64,000 bases of DNA from an uncultured Bacillota bacterium (GTDB lineage: Bacteria > Bacillota_I > Bacilli_A > RF39 > UBA660), in contig CAMYZQ010000001.1 in the NCBI GenBank assembly GCA_947303895.1, positions 5,779-69,778 on the forward strand, given 5' to 3'. The position numbers and the translations under genes are program-made. The notes under the pieces were generated by a model. The model saw only the letters and a list, made by a program, of their open reading frames with translations. It had not been told where the DNA came from and searched no databases. Below are positions 18,983-27,713 of this stretch, one piece after another (position 1 is the first letter of the stretch; every line of letters begins with the position of its first letter).

Positions 18983-21685
18983 TTGGCGAATCCAGCATGG
19001 GTAGAAAATGCAAATAAGTGGGCTAGAAATATAGCTAGTGATAATACTTATCATTATAAAAAATGGACAAGTGATACAAAGACACATTATTGTCCAATAT
19101 GTAAAGGGTATCCAGTTACATCAACTGATAGAAGTACTTCTTCTAGTACTTCTATAAAAGGTTATCATGGTTGGAATTGTATTGGATTTGCTTCGGCAAT
19201 CTGGCATCATGGAGGAGGACTTAAAAATAAATGTAGTCCAAGTATGATATCTGATCAAGTTGGAAATAAACTGCTTCAATTTTCTGATGCTGAAGCGCTT
19301 AAAGTAGCTAAAGATAAAATTGGTTTAAGTGATATTCAAGTAATTAGAAATAAAAAGGGAATACCTAAGAGTCAGTGGCAAGCTGGAGACATTTGTTTAA
19401 AATTTAGAGGTGAAACATATGCACATATGTTTTACTATATGGGTAATAAAGAAATTGCCGATGCTACAGGTTCTAATGGTAATGTTTCTCCTAAAAATCA
19501 AATAGCTATAAGAAGTTGGGATAGTTATTCTGCAAAAATAATTATTAGATATACTGGTCAAGGTGGAAATAATTTAGTAACTACTACTAGTAATGGAAAT
19601 ACTAATTTATTTATTTTCTCTCAACCAGTTAAAAGAATATCTACTTGTGCTCAAGATGTAATAAATGGGGCTTGTGCTTGGGCTGAAGCCATAGCGAATG
19701 ATAATAGATTTCATTACGGCTATGGTAAACCAGCTCACCACAATGGCTGCTACTTTTGCGGTACAAATACACAGAAAGGTGGCAGAGCTAAAACGGGTAT
19801 AAAAAACTATGAGTTTACCTATTGTTGCAACCCGTTTGTACACGCTGCTTTCTCGCATGGTGGTGGTGAACCTACTATGCTTAAAATATGCCAAAAAGGT
19901 TCTTCATATGATTACCATAAAGGTAAGGGGTATGATAGTTCATCACTGTTTAGAAATTTAGGGCATCCTGCTAAGAGCACATTACAAAAGGGTGATGTAC
20001 TTTGTAAAGACAATCACGTAGCCCTTTACATTGGAAATGGTCAATTAGCTGAGGCTAGTGGAGGAGACGATAATGTACCAGGTTCAAGTAAATGGAATAA
20101 ATCTATTCACGTTGGTACATTAACAGATTCTAGATATAATGGATTTAAACGAGTACATAGATATATAGGTAATGGTGGTGGCGTCATGGATATTCCTGGT
20201 CAAGAAGGTATATCTGCAGATTCTGGCCTTGGTATTGATATGCGTCAAGCCATAACCACTCTGTACTCATCTGATAATTATAGATACATAGCACAACAAG
20301 AAGAAGATGAAGTAGCTAATAAAATTTCAAGGTTTAGAGATGATTTAAAATTAGCACTTGCTAAGACCAATTTTGAAACTGCTACAGTTACTACTGGTGC
20401 ATATAAGGAACCTTTAGTTACTCAGCAAGTTGAATTAGCTGAGTTTGAAAAAGATAAACCTAAGAAAATTTTAACTGGCAAAGCTACAAATTTATTATCT
20501 TACCCAACACTTGTAGAGGCACCAACAATAGTACTAGATTTTAATGGTATTAAAATAGGTGGTTATGGTAATGTAGGAGATAAATATCCAAATTACATAA
20601 CCTCAATGTCTGTTAAAAAAATTAATGGTAGAATAAATCAATACACAATTAATTTATCATATCAAGTAAGGTTTGGAGAAGATCCAAACTTTATAGATAA
20701 ATTAATATCAAGAACTGGATATACAAATCCTCTTAAAATATTATATGGTGATTCTAATTTCCCAAGTGGTTATTATAGGGAAGAATCAGCTGTAATAATG
20801 AACGCCACACATTCAGAAGATATTAGTGCTTATAGAATAAATTATTCTATAACTGCTATATCTTCTATTGGTGTATCAGCAACTTCATTAACTACATATC
20901 CAAGGCAGTATGCAAAACCTTCTACTGCAATATATAATTTATTATATAATTCAGGTGAAATAAGTAAAAGTTTGCTTTCAATATTTCCTGGAATGCACAA
21001 TAAAACATTAGTTGCTAGTAAAAATTTAATACCAACAAATGATAATATGGTTATTATAGGTGGTATGGAAAATGTAAGCCCATTAACCTATTTATCCTAT
21101 TTAGTTGCTTGTATGAATAATTCTATAAATAAATCATCTTATTATTTAAGCATAATAGATAATTCATATAGTGAGTTTAATGGCTCATACTTTAAAATAA
21201 ATGAAGTCATAAGCTATAATGATCAGAATAGTAACATAGAAATAAGTTCAAATTATTATGAATTAGATATTGGTTTTCCTTCAAATAATTATATAACAAA
21301 TTTTCAGATTTGTAATAATAACTATTGGTCTTTAGTATATGATTATACAGGAGATATACCAAAATTTGAATATGGTATAGATGATAATGGAGATTTAATA
21401 GAAAGAAAAACAAATATTTTATATAGAAGAAATAAGTTTGGAGAAACTAGTTTAATAAATTCTAATTGGTGGAAACAGGTAACTGAATTCCCAATATCTG
21501 CTAAGGTAACTATTAAGGGATTAATTAATCCAGCTATATTAATGTCATACATAAAAATAAATGCATTGTTTTATGGAGAAAGAGATATGGCTAGCGGATT
21601 ATATGTAGTTACTGCACAAGAAGATTCAATATCTGGGTCTGGATATACTACAGAATTGACATTATTAAGAGTAGCTGGAGAATAA
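18983..21685 (+). CDS. tail-associated lysin paralog 2: two tandem NlpC/P60-or-CHAP-like cysteine peptidase domains + shared C-terminal domain
   Basis: Two repeats of W(A)..IA.DN..HY ... (W/Y)xC..F..A..HGGG ... GD.(L/C)K..H(V/A).(A/M).Y.GN (Cys/His papain-like pattern); the C-terminal ~460 aa align with 16500..18980 and 21685..23907 (LYSSDNYRYI...YPNYI.S..VKKING.INQYTI.L.YQ...GEDPNFIDKL...NWW.QVTEFPISA...GLY.VT.Q.D..SGSG). Confidence 0.65.
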   Translation: MANPAWVENANKWARNIASDNTYHYKKWTSDTKTHYCPICKGYPVTSTDRSTSSSTSIKGYHGWNCIGFASAIWHHGGGLKNKCSPSMISDQVGNKLLQFSDAEALKVAKDKIGLSDIQVIRNKKGIPKSQWQAGDICLKFRGETYAHMFYYMGNKEIADATGSNGNVSPKNQIAIRSWDSYSAKIIIRYTGQGGNNLVTTTSNGNTNLFIFSQPVKRISTCAQDVINGACAWAEAIANDNRFHYGYGKPAHHNGCYFCGTNTQKGGRAKTGIKNYEFTYCCNPFVHAAFSHGGGEPTMLKICQKGSSYDYHKGKGYDSSSLFRNLGHPAKSTLQKGDVLCKDNHVALYIGNGQLAEASGGDDNVPGSSKWNKSIHVGTLTDSRYNGFKRVHRYIGNGGGVMDIPGQEGISADSGLGIDMRQAITTLYSSDNYRYIAQQEEDEVANKISRFRDDLKLALAKTNFETATVTTGAYKEPLVTQQVELAEFEKDKPKKILTGKATNLLSYPTLVEAPTIVLDFNGIKIGGYGNVGDKYPNYITSMSVKKINGRINQYTINLSYQVRFGEDPNFIDKLISRTGYTNPLKILYGDSNFPSGYYREESAVIMNATHSEDISAYRINYSITAISSIGVSATSLTTYPRQYAKPSTAIYNLLYNSGEISKSLLSIFPGMHNKTLVASKNLIPTNDNMVIIGGMENVSPLTYLSYLVACMNNSINKSSYYLSIIDNSYSEFNGSYFKINEVISYNDQNSNIEISSNYYELDIGFPSNNYITNFQICNNNYWSLVYDYTGDIPKFEYGIDDNGDLIERKTNILYRRNKFGETSLINSNWWKQVTEFPISAKVTIKGLINPAILMSYIKINALFYGERDMASGLYVVTAQEDSISGSGYTTELTLLRVAGE

Positions 21686-23907
21686 TGGCTGATAGAAAAC
21701 TTGAAAAACTTGAATATAGTAAAACAGTTAACTTACCTTCAGGTGATGGTTATACGCCACAATCTTTAGCTCTTGTTGATGCTAATAAGAGATATGTAAT
21801 ATGTTCAGGATCATCACCTAATATTGTATTGTTATGTAGTGCTAATTCATATTCAAGTTTGGGTAAGAAAATTGGGACTGGCCACGCTAATGGTGGAACA
21901 TATTGTAGTAAAAATGGCTGTATTTATACCACAGCTTATCATGGTAGCAGTAATAATAAAAAAATTGTAGTTACAAATGTATCAAATCTTAAAACAGCAT
22001 TTACAGTTAATTTAAAAACAAATGCTACAGGTATAGCGTATGATAGTGTAACTGATCAATTTTATGTTTCTGCTGGTTCAAAAATATATGTTTACCCATT
22101 TGATGCTTTATCAAAAGGTGGGGAAAGTGGCCCATATATTTCTTCATTTACAAAAAATTGGACGAGCGACAATAGAGATAATCAAGATGTTGGTGGCCAT
22201 AACGGCGTTGTTATGGTTTGTCGTTCTTTTGAAAAAACCAAAAAAGGTAAAGTTCAAAGAAGTTTTATTGATTGTTATAATGCAGCTAGTGGTGAATATT
22301 TAAAATCATATTATTCTGATTATGGAGAGTTAGAAAGTGTAGCTGTTGATGCTAGTGGAAATATGCATATCATATTTGCACAAGACAGAAAAATAGTTAA
22401 AACTACTAACATATTTAATCTTGTATGTGCTGAAGGTGCTGCAGCTACGGCTAATTCAATGGGGCTAGCTGTAAGCCCTGATAAACTATATAGTTCTGAT
22501 AATTATGAATATTTGACTCTGGATTTTAATGAAAGTGAATCTTCTATAAAATTCAGAAACGCTTTAAGAGATACTTTAAACAAATGGTCTGAAACAGGGT
22601 TTACACCTATACTTGATACAAAAGCTATTTCTGAAGCATTAACAACTTCTGGTGCCAATGATTCTTCAAGATTAAGAAAAACTAAAATTGAGGGTGAGGT
22701 ATTTGGTCCAGCTTTGCCTACTGCATTAAATCCAGTTGAAGCTCCATTTATAGAATTAACTATAGGTGAATATACATTTGGTGCATATGATAAATCTAAA
22801 AAATTTGATAGATATCCAAATTATATTGATAGTATGTCTATAGTTAAAACTAATGGTTCTATGAATGAATATACTATAAATTTGGTACATCAAGTAGCTC
22901 CTGGTAGCAACCCAAATTTTATAGATGAATTATTATCAAAAAATGGGTATGATAAAATCAGCATTAGATATGGAGATGCTAATAGTAATATAATTTTTAA
23001 TGATAATAATGCTCTTCTTATTGGAGTTAATGTTGGTTTTGATTTTGTAAATTGTAAAATAAATTATGTAATAAGGGCAACTAGCTCTGCTATTGCTATT
23101 GCTTCACATAAGAGAACATTTAGCAGTGTAGAAGATAAACCATCTAATATTATTAGAGATTTATTATATAATGATGCTAATGAGGACTTATTAAATGCAT
23201 TTCCTGCTATGCGTGATAGGAATTTTGTAGAGAAAAATAATTTAATTCCTAATGATGATATGGTAGTTAATGTAGAAGAATTTAAAAATGTAAATGTGGT
23301 TTCATATTTAAAAAATTTAGTTTCTATGATGAAGAGTATAACAAGTGATATTGTTGATTCTAACTACATATTAACTATAGAAGATGGTTATTTTAATATA
23401 AATGAAATTTCAACTAATTACATTTATGATTCTTCTTTATATGAAGTGAATATAAATTTCCCTGATGATAATCAAGTATTTAATTTTAATGTAAATACAA
23501 ATTATAGTTGGCCTATTGCCTATGAGTATGGTAGTGGTGTTTCAAATTATAATTATGAAATTACTAATCAGGGAGATTTAAAAAGGTTTAATACTAATTC
23601 TACTAATTTACTTGATTACTCCAGTCAAATGATGTCAAACATAAATTCTAACTGGTGGACTCAAGTAACAGAATTCCCAATTTCAGCTACCTTAACTTGC
23701 AGAGGTTTATTATCTCCGCTATTACTGTTGACATATATAAAAATTAATTGTATATATTATGGTAGTGATAGAATAAATAGTGGAATATATATTGTAACTG
23801 GACAAACAGATACTTTGAGTGGTTCAGGATTTCAAACAACATTGTCATTATTAAGAGTGGCAGGTGCAAAACAGCACTTAATAGTTGACGGGAGAGTAAG
23901 AACATGA
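21685..23907 (+). CDS. tail-associated paralog 3: N-terminal beta-rich (propeller-like?) domain + shared C-terminal domain
   Basis: The C-terminal ~460 aa are homologous to the two preceding ORFs; the N-terminal 250 aa are unrelated and rich in G/S/Y/V repeats; the ATG overlaps the upstream stop (TAATGG). Confidence 0.55.
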   Translation: MADRKLEKLEYSKTVNLPSGDGYTPQSLALVDANKRYVICSGSSPNIVLLCSANSYSSLGKKIGTGHANGGTYCSKNGCIYTTAYHGSSNNKKIVVTNVSNLKTAFTVNLKTNATGIAYDSVTDQFYVSAGSKIYVYPFDALSKGGESGPYISSFTKNWTSDNRDNQDVGGHNGVVMVCRSFEKTKKGKVQRSFIDCYNAASGEYLKSYYSDYGELESVAVDASGNMHIIFAQDRKIVKTTNIFNLVCAEGAAATANSMGLAVSPDKLYSSDNYEYLTLDFNESESSIKFRNALRDTLNKWSETGFTPILDTKAISEALTTSGANDSSRLRKTKIEGEVFGPALPTALNPVEAPFIELTIGEYTFGAYDKSKKFDRYPNYIDSMSIVKTNGSMNEYTINLVHQVAPGSNPNFIDELLSKNGYDKISIRYGDANSNIIFNDNNALLIGVNVGFDFVNCKINYVIRATSSAIAIASHKRTFSSVEDKPSNIIRDLLYNDANEDLLNAFPAMRDRNFVEKNNLIPNDDMVVNVEEFKNVNVVSYLKNLVSMMKSITSDIVDSNYILTIEDGYFNINEISTNYIYDSSLYEVNINFPDDNQVFNFNVNTNYSWPIAYEYGSGVSNYNYEITNQGDLKRFNTNSTNLLDYSSQMMSNINSNWWTQVTEFPISATLTCRGLLSPLLLLTYIKINCIYYGSDRINSGIYIVTGQTDTLSGSGFQTTLSLLRVAGAKQHLIVDGRVRT

Positions 23908-25055
23908 TACAAAAAGGTATAATTGAAGCTATTATATCTTCATATGAATATAAAGTAAGAATACCGAGGTATGATAAATTAATTACTACTCCTGGTGCTG
24001 TATCTACTGAAGATTTATCAAGTGCTATAGTATGTTCTATACCTAGTACTAAGGTTTCATTTGCAATAGGTGATATAGTTCTTATTGGATTTGAAAACGA
24101 AGAATTAAATAAACCAATAATATTAGGGCTTTTATATAGGCAAGGGCTCACAGATTCTGAACAATTTAGTGTTCCCTCTATACAAGAATTATTAGACAAA
24201 TTAGAGAATGAAATATCTGTATTAAGAGATAATAATTTATATACACATATAAAATATTCTAATGACAATGGTATAACATTTACATCTTTATATGAATATA
24301 CAGATGTAAATACAGTGTCAACCAGTCAAAATACATATAGAGGTGCTAGTGATATAATTATAGACCCAAACTCTACTGTGATATATTGGTCTGTTATTAA
24401 TTCTGAAGGTGTTGATGTTACTTCTACAATGAATATAACTACAATATTATCTACAGATGATAATTCAACATTAGTAGAAAGTTTTACAGAGCCTCTTATA
24501 AATATACCTTTAAAATTTAGAGGTTTAAATAATTTAAAATTGTCCTTTAGAATATTACAGGTAGTAGATTATGATAATTATCATATAGTTTTAACTACAG
24601 ATAAGAATACAATAGGCAGTGTATATGGAGATTATTTAGGTATTTGTGTTTCTACAGACCCAATTCCACCATTAACACCATCTTCCTACTCATGGTCATC
24701 ATTTTATAGAACAATTTATTATCTCGTAAATGAATTAGAAAATTCTTTATTACCTCGTATAGAGCGTAATGAAAAAGCTTTATATGGTTATACATACTCC
24801 GATGCCATTAGAGATACAGATAGTACTGGGTTGCTTGATGGAGTAAGGGTAGAAAAAGATGCCATTCACATACACGGATCGGAAAATAAGAGTGTTTATT
24901 TAAGTATTAACAATACTATGTTTATAGATAATAATGCTGATAATTTTACACTTAGAGATTTAGAATATACAAATGTATCTGCAGATTCTGTATTTTCAGA
25001 TTCATATAATGAAAAAGGACATTTAGCGTTGTCAAGAAGGAAAAGGGTTCGTTAA
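23904..25055 (+). CDS. baseplate spike protein (P2 gpV / VgrG-like OB-fold N-terminus with a C-terminal extension)
   Basis: YKVRIPRYD...SSAIVCSIPSTKVSFAIGDIVLIGFENEELNKPIILGLLY matches the gpV family pattern (..vrV.....s.W..v......G....P.vGdeVlv.F..Gd...P...G.ly). Confidence 0.55.
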   Translation: MIQKGIIEAIISSYEYKVRIPRYDKLITTPGAVSTEDLSSAIVCSIPSTKVSFAIGDIVLIGFENEELNKPIILGLLYRQGLTDSEQFSVPSIQELLDKLENEISVLRDNNLYTHIKYSNDNGITFTSLYEYTDVNTVSTSQNTYRGASDIIIDPNSTVIYWSVINSEGVDVTSTMNITTILSTDDNSTLVESFTEPLINIPLKFRGLNNLKLSFRILQVVDYDNYHIVLTTDKNTIGSVYGDYLGICVSTDPIPPLTPSSYSWSSFYRTIYYLVNELENSLLPRIERNEKALYGYTYSDAIRDTDSTGLLDGVRVEKDAIHIHGSENKSVYLSINNTMFIDNNADNFTLRDLEYTNVSADSVFSDSYNEKGHLALSRRKRVR

Positions 25056-25058
25056 TAA

Positions 25059-27191
25059 ATGGGTGCTTCCTTACATTTATCAGTATCAGAAAGTAATGTA
25101 GATTATAATGCTAATACTTCAGTAGTTACTGCTACATTGAAAATAACTGCTACAGGCTCAACTTGGAATGGCTATAAGCAAAGTGGTTATATTACAATAG
25201 ATGGCACTAAATATACTTTTTCAAGTTCTTTTGCTAAAGGTAAGACCACAACACTTGCTACAAAGTCTAAGACAGTAGCTCATAATGCTGATGGTACTAA
25301 AACAGTATCAGTAACTGGATATTATAAAACAGGTGTTTCTGCTGGTAATCTTTCCAAGAGCACAACTATAACATTAACTGCTATACCAAGATATTATTAT
25401 GTCTACTACAATACGAATGGTGGTGATGGTTATTTCCCAACACAGACAAAATACTATGGTAGTGGTTTAACTTTATACGGACACACACCTACTAGAACAG
25501 GCTATGATTTCTTATATTGGTCTGGCTATGGCGGGAATTATGCTCCTAGTGGTGTTTATCCATATGACACTTCCACTACCATGACAGCAGTTTGGGCTGA
25601 AAAGTCTGCTACATTAACATACTATAATAATGGTCATGGTACATTTCCTATACCAGGTAAAGGTACTACAAGTAGTGGCTCATCATATAGAGTAACCATG
25701 AGGTATTCAGCAGCTACTACGGCTATAAGTATGTCTGAAACAGGTTATACCTTCAATGGTTGGACTACTGGTCGTAGTGGTAGTGGTACACGATATAATG
25801 CTGGCGATGTTATTAAGCCAGTTAATCAAATACCTTCTGCACTCAGTTTATATGCACAATGGTCTGCAAATAAGTATACTATAGCATTTAATGGTAATGG
25901 TAATACAGAAGGTTCTCCACCTGAAGATATGGAAGCCACATATAATAGTGCATTTGTATTTCCTACAGCTCCACAAGATCTTAAAAAGACTGGATATGAG
26001 TTTAAAGGTTGGGCAACAACACCAGATGCTGGAGATCCTCAATATCTTGCAGGGGATTCTATAACTTGGAAAATTGCTTCAGGTATGACTTATTATGCCG
26101 TTTGGGGAGATATATTCATACCTATATACTATTATAGAAATACAGTAGAAAATGTTTTCGATAAAACAAATACATATTCTCTGTATTATTCTGATAGTGT
26201 ACATATTAATTATGATTATGAAATACCAAATATAGCATTACCAAATCTAGATAATTACACATTTTCAGGATATTGGTCATATGGAAAACCAAATGACATT
26301 ACATATACTGAATTTGGTATGACATTTCCTACTGGTGTAGTACCTCATAATTATGAAAAATATTTAGTAAATAAGGGGTTTTTAACAGCGGGGTCTACAA
26401 TAGAAAATGTAGAAGCTGATGTATATTTATATCCTATTTACATAGATAATACTCCAAGTGTTATATCAAAATTATATTCTTCATATGAATATGTACCAGA
26501 TGTAATTACACAGCAAGATTATTATTTATATCTTACCAACCAAGTTGCTTCTATACAAACATCAATTTCTGATGAAAATGTAGTTATGGCTACAAAATTT
26601 AGAACTTCTGCTGGTAATTATGGTGTAGCATTAGATGTTTCTAATATTTCTTATTCATTACAATCTGATGACACTACACCAATAGATATAAATTTAAATC
26701 CAGTATTATATAAATCAGATTATAATACTAATTTAAACACACAAGACTTTTATTTAATATTTAAAACAACAGGTCAGCCTGGTGGTATTCTTGTAGATTA
26801 CGCTACTACAAGTTATATATTAAATGTTTCTGGTATTAAAGATAGTTTTGGTAAAACCATAGAAGATGTACTATTAATTATATCACCACCTAAATTGGTA
26901 AGGGATATTAATTATAATGGAGATGCTATAGCTTTCTTTGATGAAGCACCAGATTATACAGATGAAGAAAAACTAATACATACAGAAGATGAATTATGGA
27001 TAAATGGTCTAGCTTTTTCTAATAATTTCTTACTACATGATGAACCAACAGATCCTGAAGAGACCTATGGTCCTTATGCTTTGCAATTATTAGATACTGG
27101 CAATATAACATCTGAAGAAATGGATAGTCTATATACAGTTGATAATATAGACCTTTCAAAATTGTTATTATTAATATTAAGCAAATTATAG
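25059..27191 (+). CDS. tail/baseplate protein with at least three Flg_new (Listeria-Bacteroides) repeats; candidate adhesin or receptor-binding protein
   Basis: Repeats PTRTGYDFLYWSG...MTAVWAEK / SETGYTFNGWTTG...LSLYAQWSANKYTI / KKTGYEFKGWATT...YYAVWGD fit t.tGY.F.GW.t.....y......i....tLYA.W. Confidence 0.6.
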   Translation: MGASLHLSVSESNVDYNANTSVVTATLKITATGSTWNGYKQSGYITIDGTKYTFSSSFAKGKTTTLATKSKTVAHNADGTKTVSVTGYYKTGVSAGNLSKSTTITLTAIPRYYYVYYNTNGGDGYFPTQTKYYGSGLTLYGHTPTRTGYDFLYWSGYGGNYAPSGVYPYDTSTTMTAVWAEKSATLTYYNNGHGTFPIPGKGTTSSGSSYRVTMRYSAATTAISMSETGYTFNGWTTGRSGSGTRYNAGDVIKPVNQIPSALSLYAQWSANKYTIAFNGNGNTEGSPPEDMEATYNSAFVFPTAPQDLKKTGYEFKGWATTPDAGDPQYLAGDSITWKIASGMTYYAVWGDIFIPIYYYRNTVENVFDKTNTYSLYYSDSVHINYDYEIPNIALPNLDNYTFSGYWSYGKPNDITYTEFGMTFPTGVVPHNYEKYLVNKGFLTAGSTIENVEADVYLYPIYIDNTPSVISKLYSSYEYVPDVITQQDYYLYLTNQVASIQTSISDENVVMATKFRTSAGNYGVALDVSNISYSLQSDDTTPIDINLNPVLYKSDYNTNLNTQDFYLIFKTTGQPGGILVDYATTSYILNVSGIKDSFGKTIEDVLLIISPPKLVRDINYNGDAIAFFDEAPDYTDEEKLIHTEDELWINGLAFSNNFLLHDEPTDPEETYGPYALQLLDTGNITSEEMDSLYTVDNIDLSKLLLLILSKL

Positions 27192-27280
27192 TACTAGCAG
27201 CATAGCTGCTTAACATATAAATACTTAATATTTATATATTTATTAGTATATATTTTATTATAATAAGATACAATGGGTTG

Positions 27281-27300
27281 AAATTCAATATATTGAATTT
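27281..27300. promoter_or_regulatory. 20-bp perfect palindrome aaattcaatatattgaattt (candidate operator / protein-binding site)
   Basis: Exact inverted repeat in the 135-bp gap between 25059..27191 and 27327..27701; preceded by a short hairpin tagcagc-ata-gctgct at 27195-27210. Confidence 0.3.
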
Positions 27301-27326
27301 TATCCCTTGTATTTAGGGGAAAATTA

Positions 27327-27701
27327 ATGTATTCACTTGCATTTCCAAATATGTTTAATGGTTCTACAGTAAATTTATATAAAGATTATGATGCTGTAAA
27401 AAGTAATCTAAGAAATTTATTGTATGCTAATAGGGGTGGATTATTTGGAGATCCACATTTTGGTACTAATATTAAACATATATTATTTGATCAAGCTGCT
27501 GATGATATTATGAAAGAGCTTGTAAAAGATGACATATATGAAGCTATATTATCTTATATGCCACAAACAACTATAGACAGAGACTATATAGACGTTTTTG
27601 TTCAAGATACTTTCGTGTCAGTTACAATTAAAGCTAAAAATGATTTAGGTGTTGTTTCTGATTTATTAAAGATAGAATTACTTAATACTGATGAAAATTA
27701 A
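27327..27701 (+). CDS. baseplate wedge protein gp25 / GPW family
   Basis: GGLFGDPHFGTNIKHILFDQAADDIMKELVKDDIYEAI matches the gp25/W signature (G.....P.FGs.l..l.F.p.......l...i..al); 124 aa; SD AGGGGAAA upstream. Confidence 0.65.
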   Translation: MYSLAFPNMFNGSTVNLYKDYDAVKSNLRNLLYANRGGLFGDPHFGTNIKHILFDQAADDIMKELVKDDIYEAILSYMPQTTIDRDYIDVFVQDTFVSVTIKAKNDLGVVSDLLKIELLNTDEN

Positions 27702-27713
27702 GGAATAAATTAA

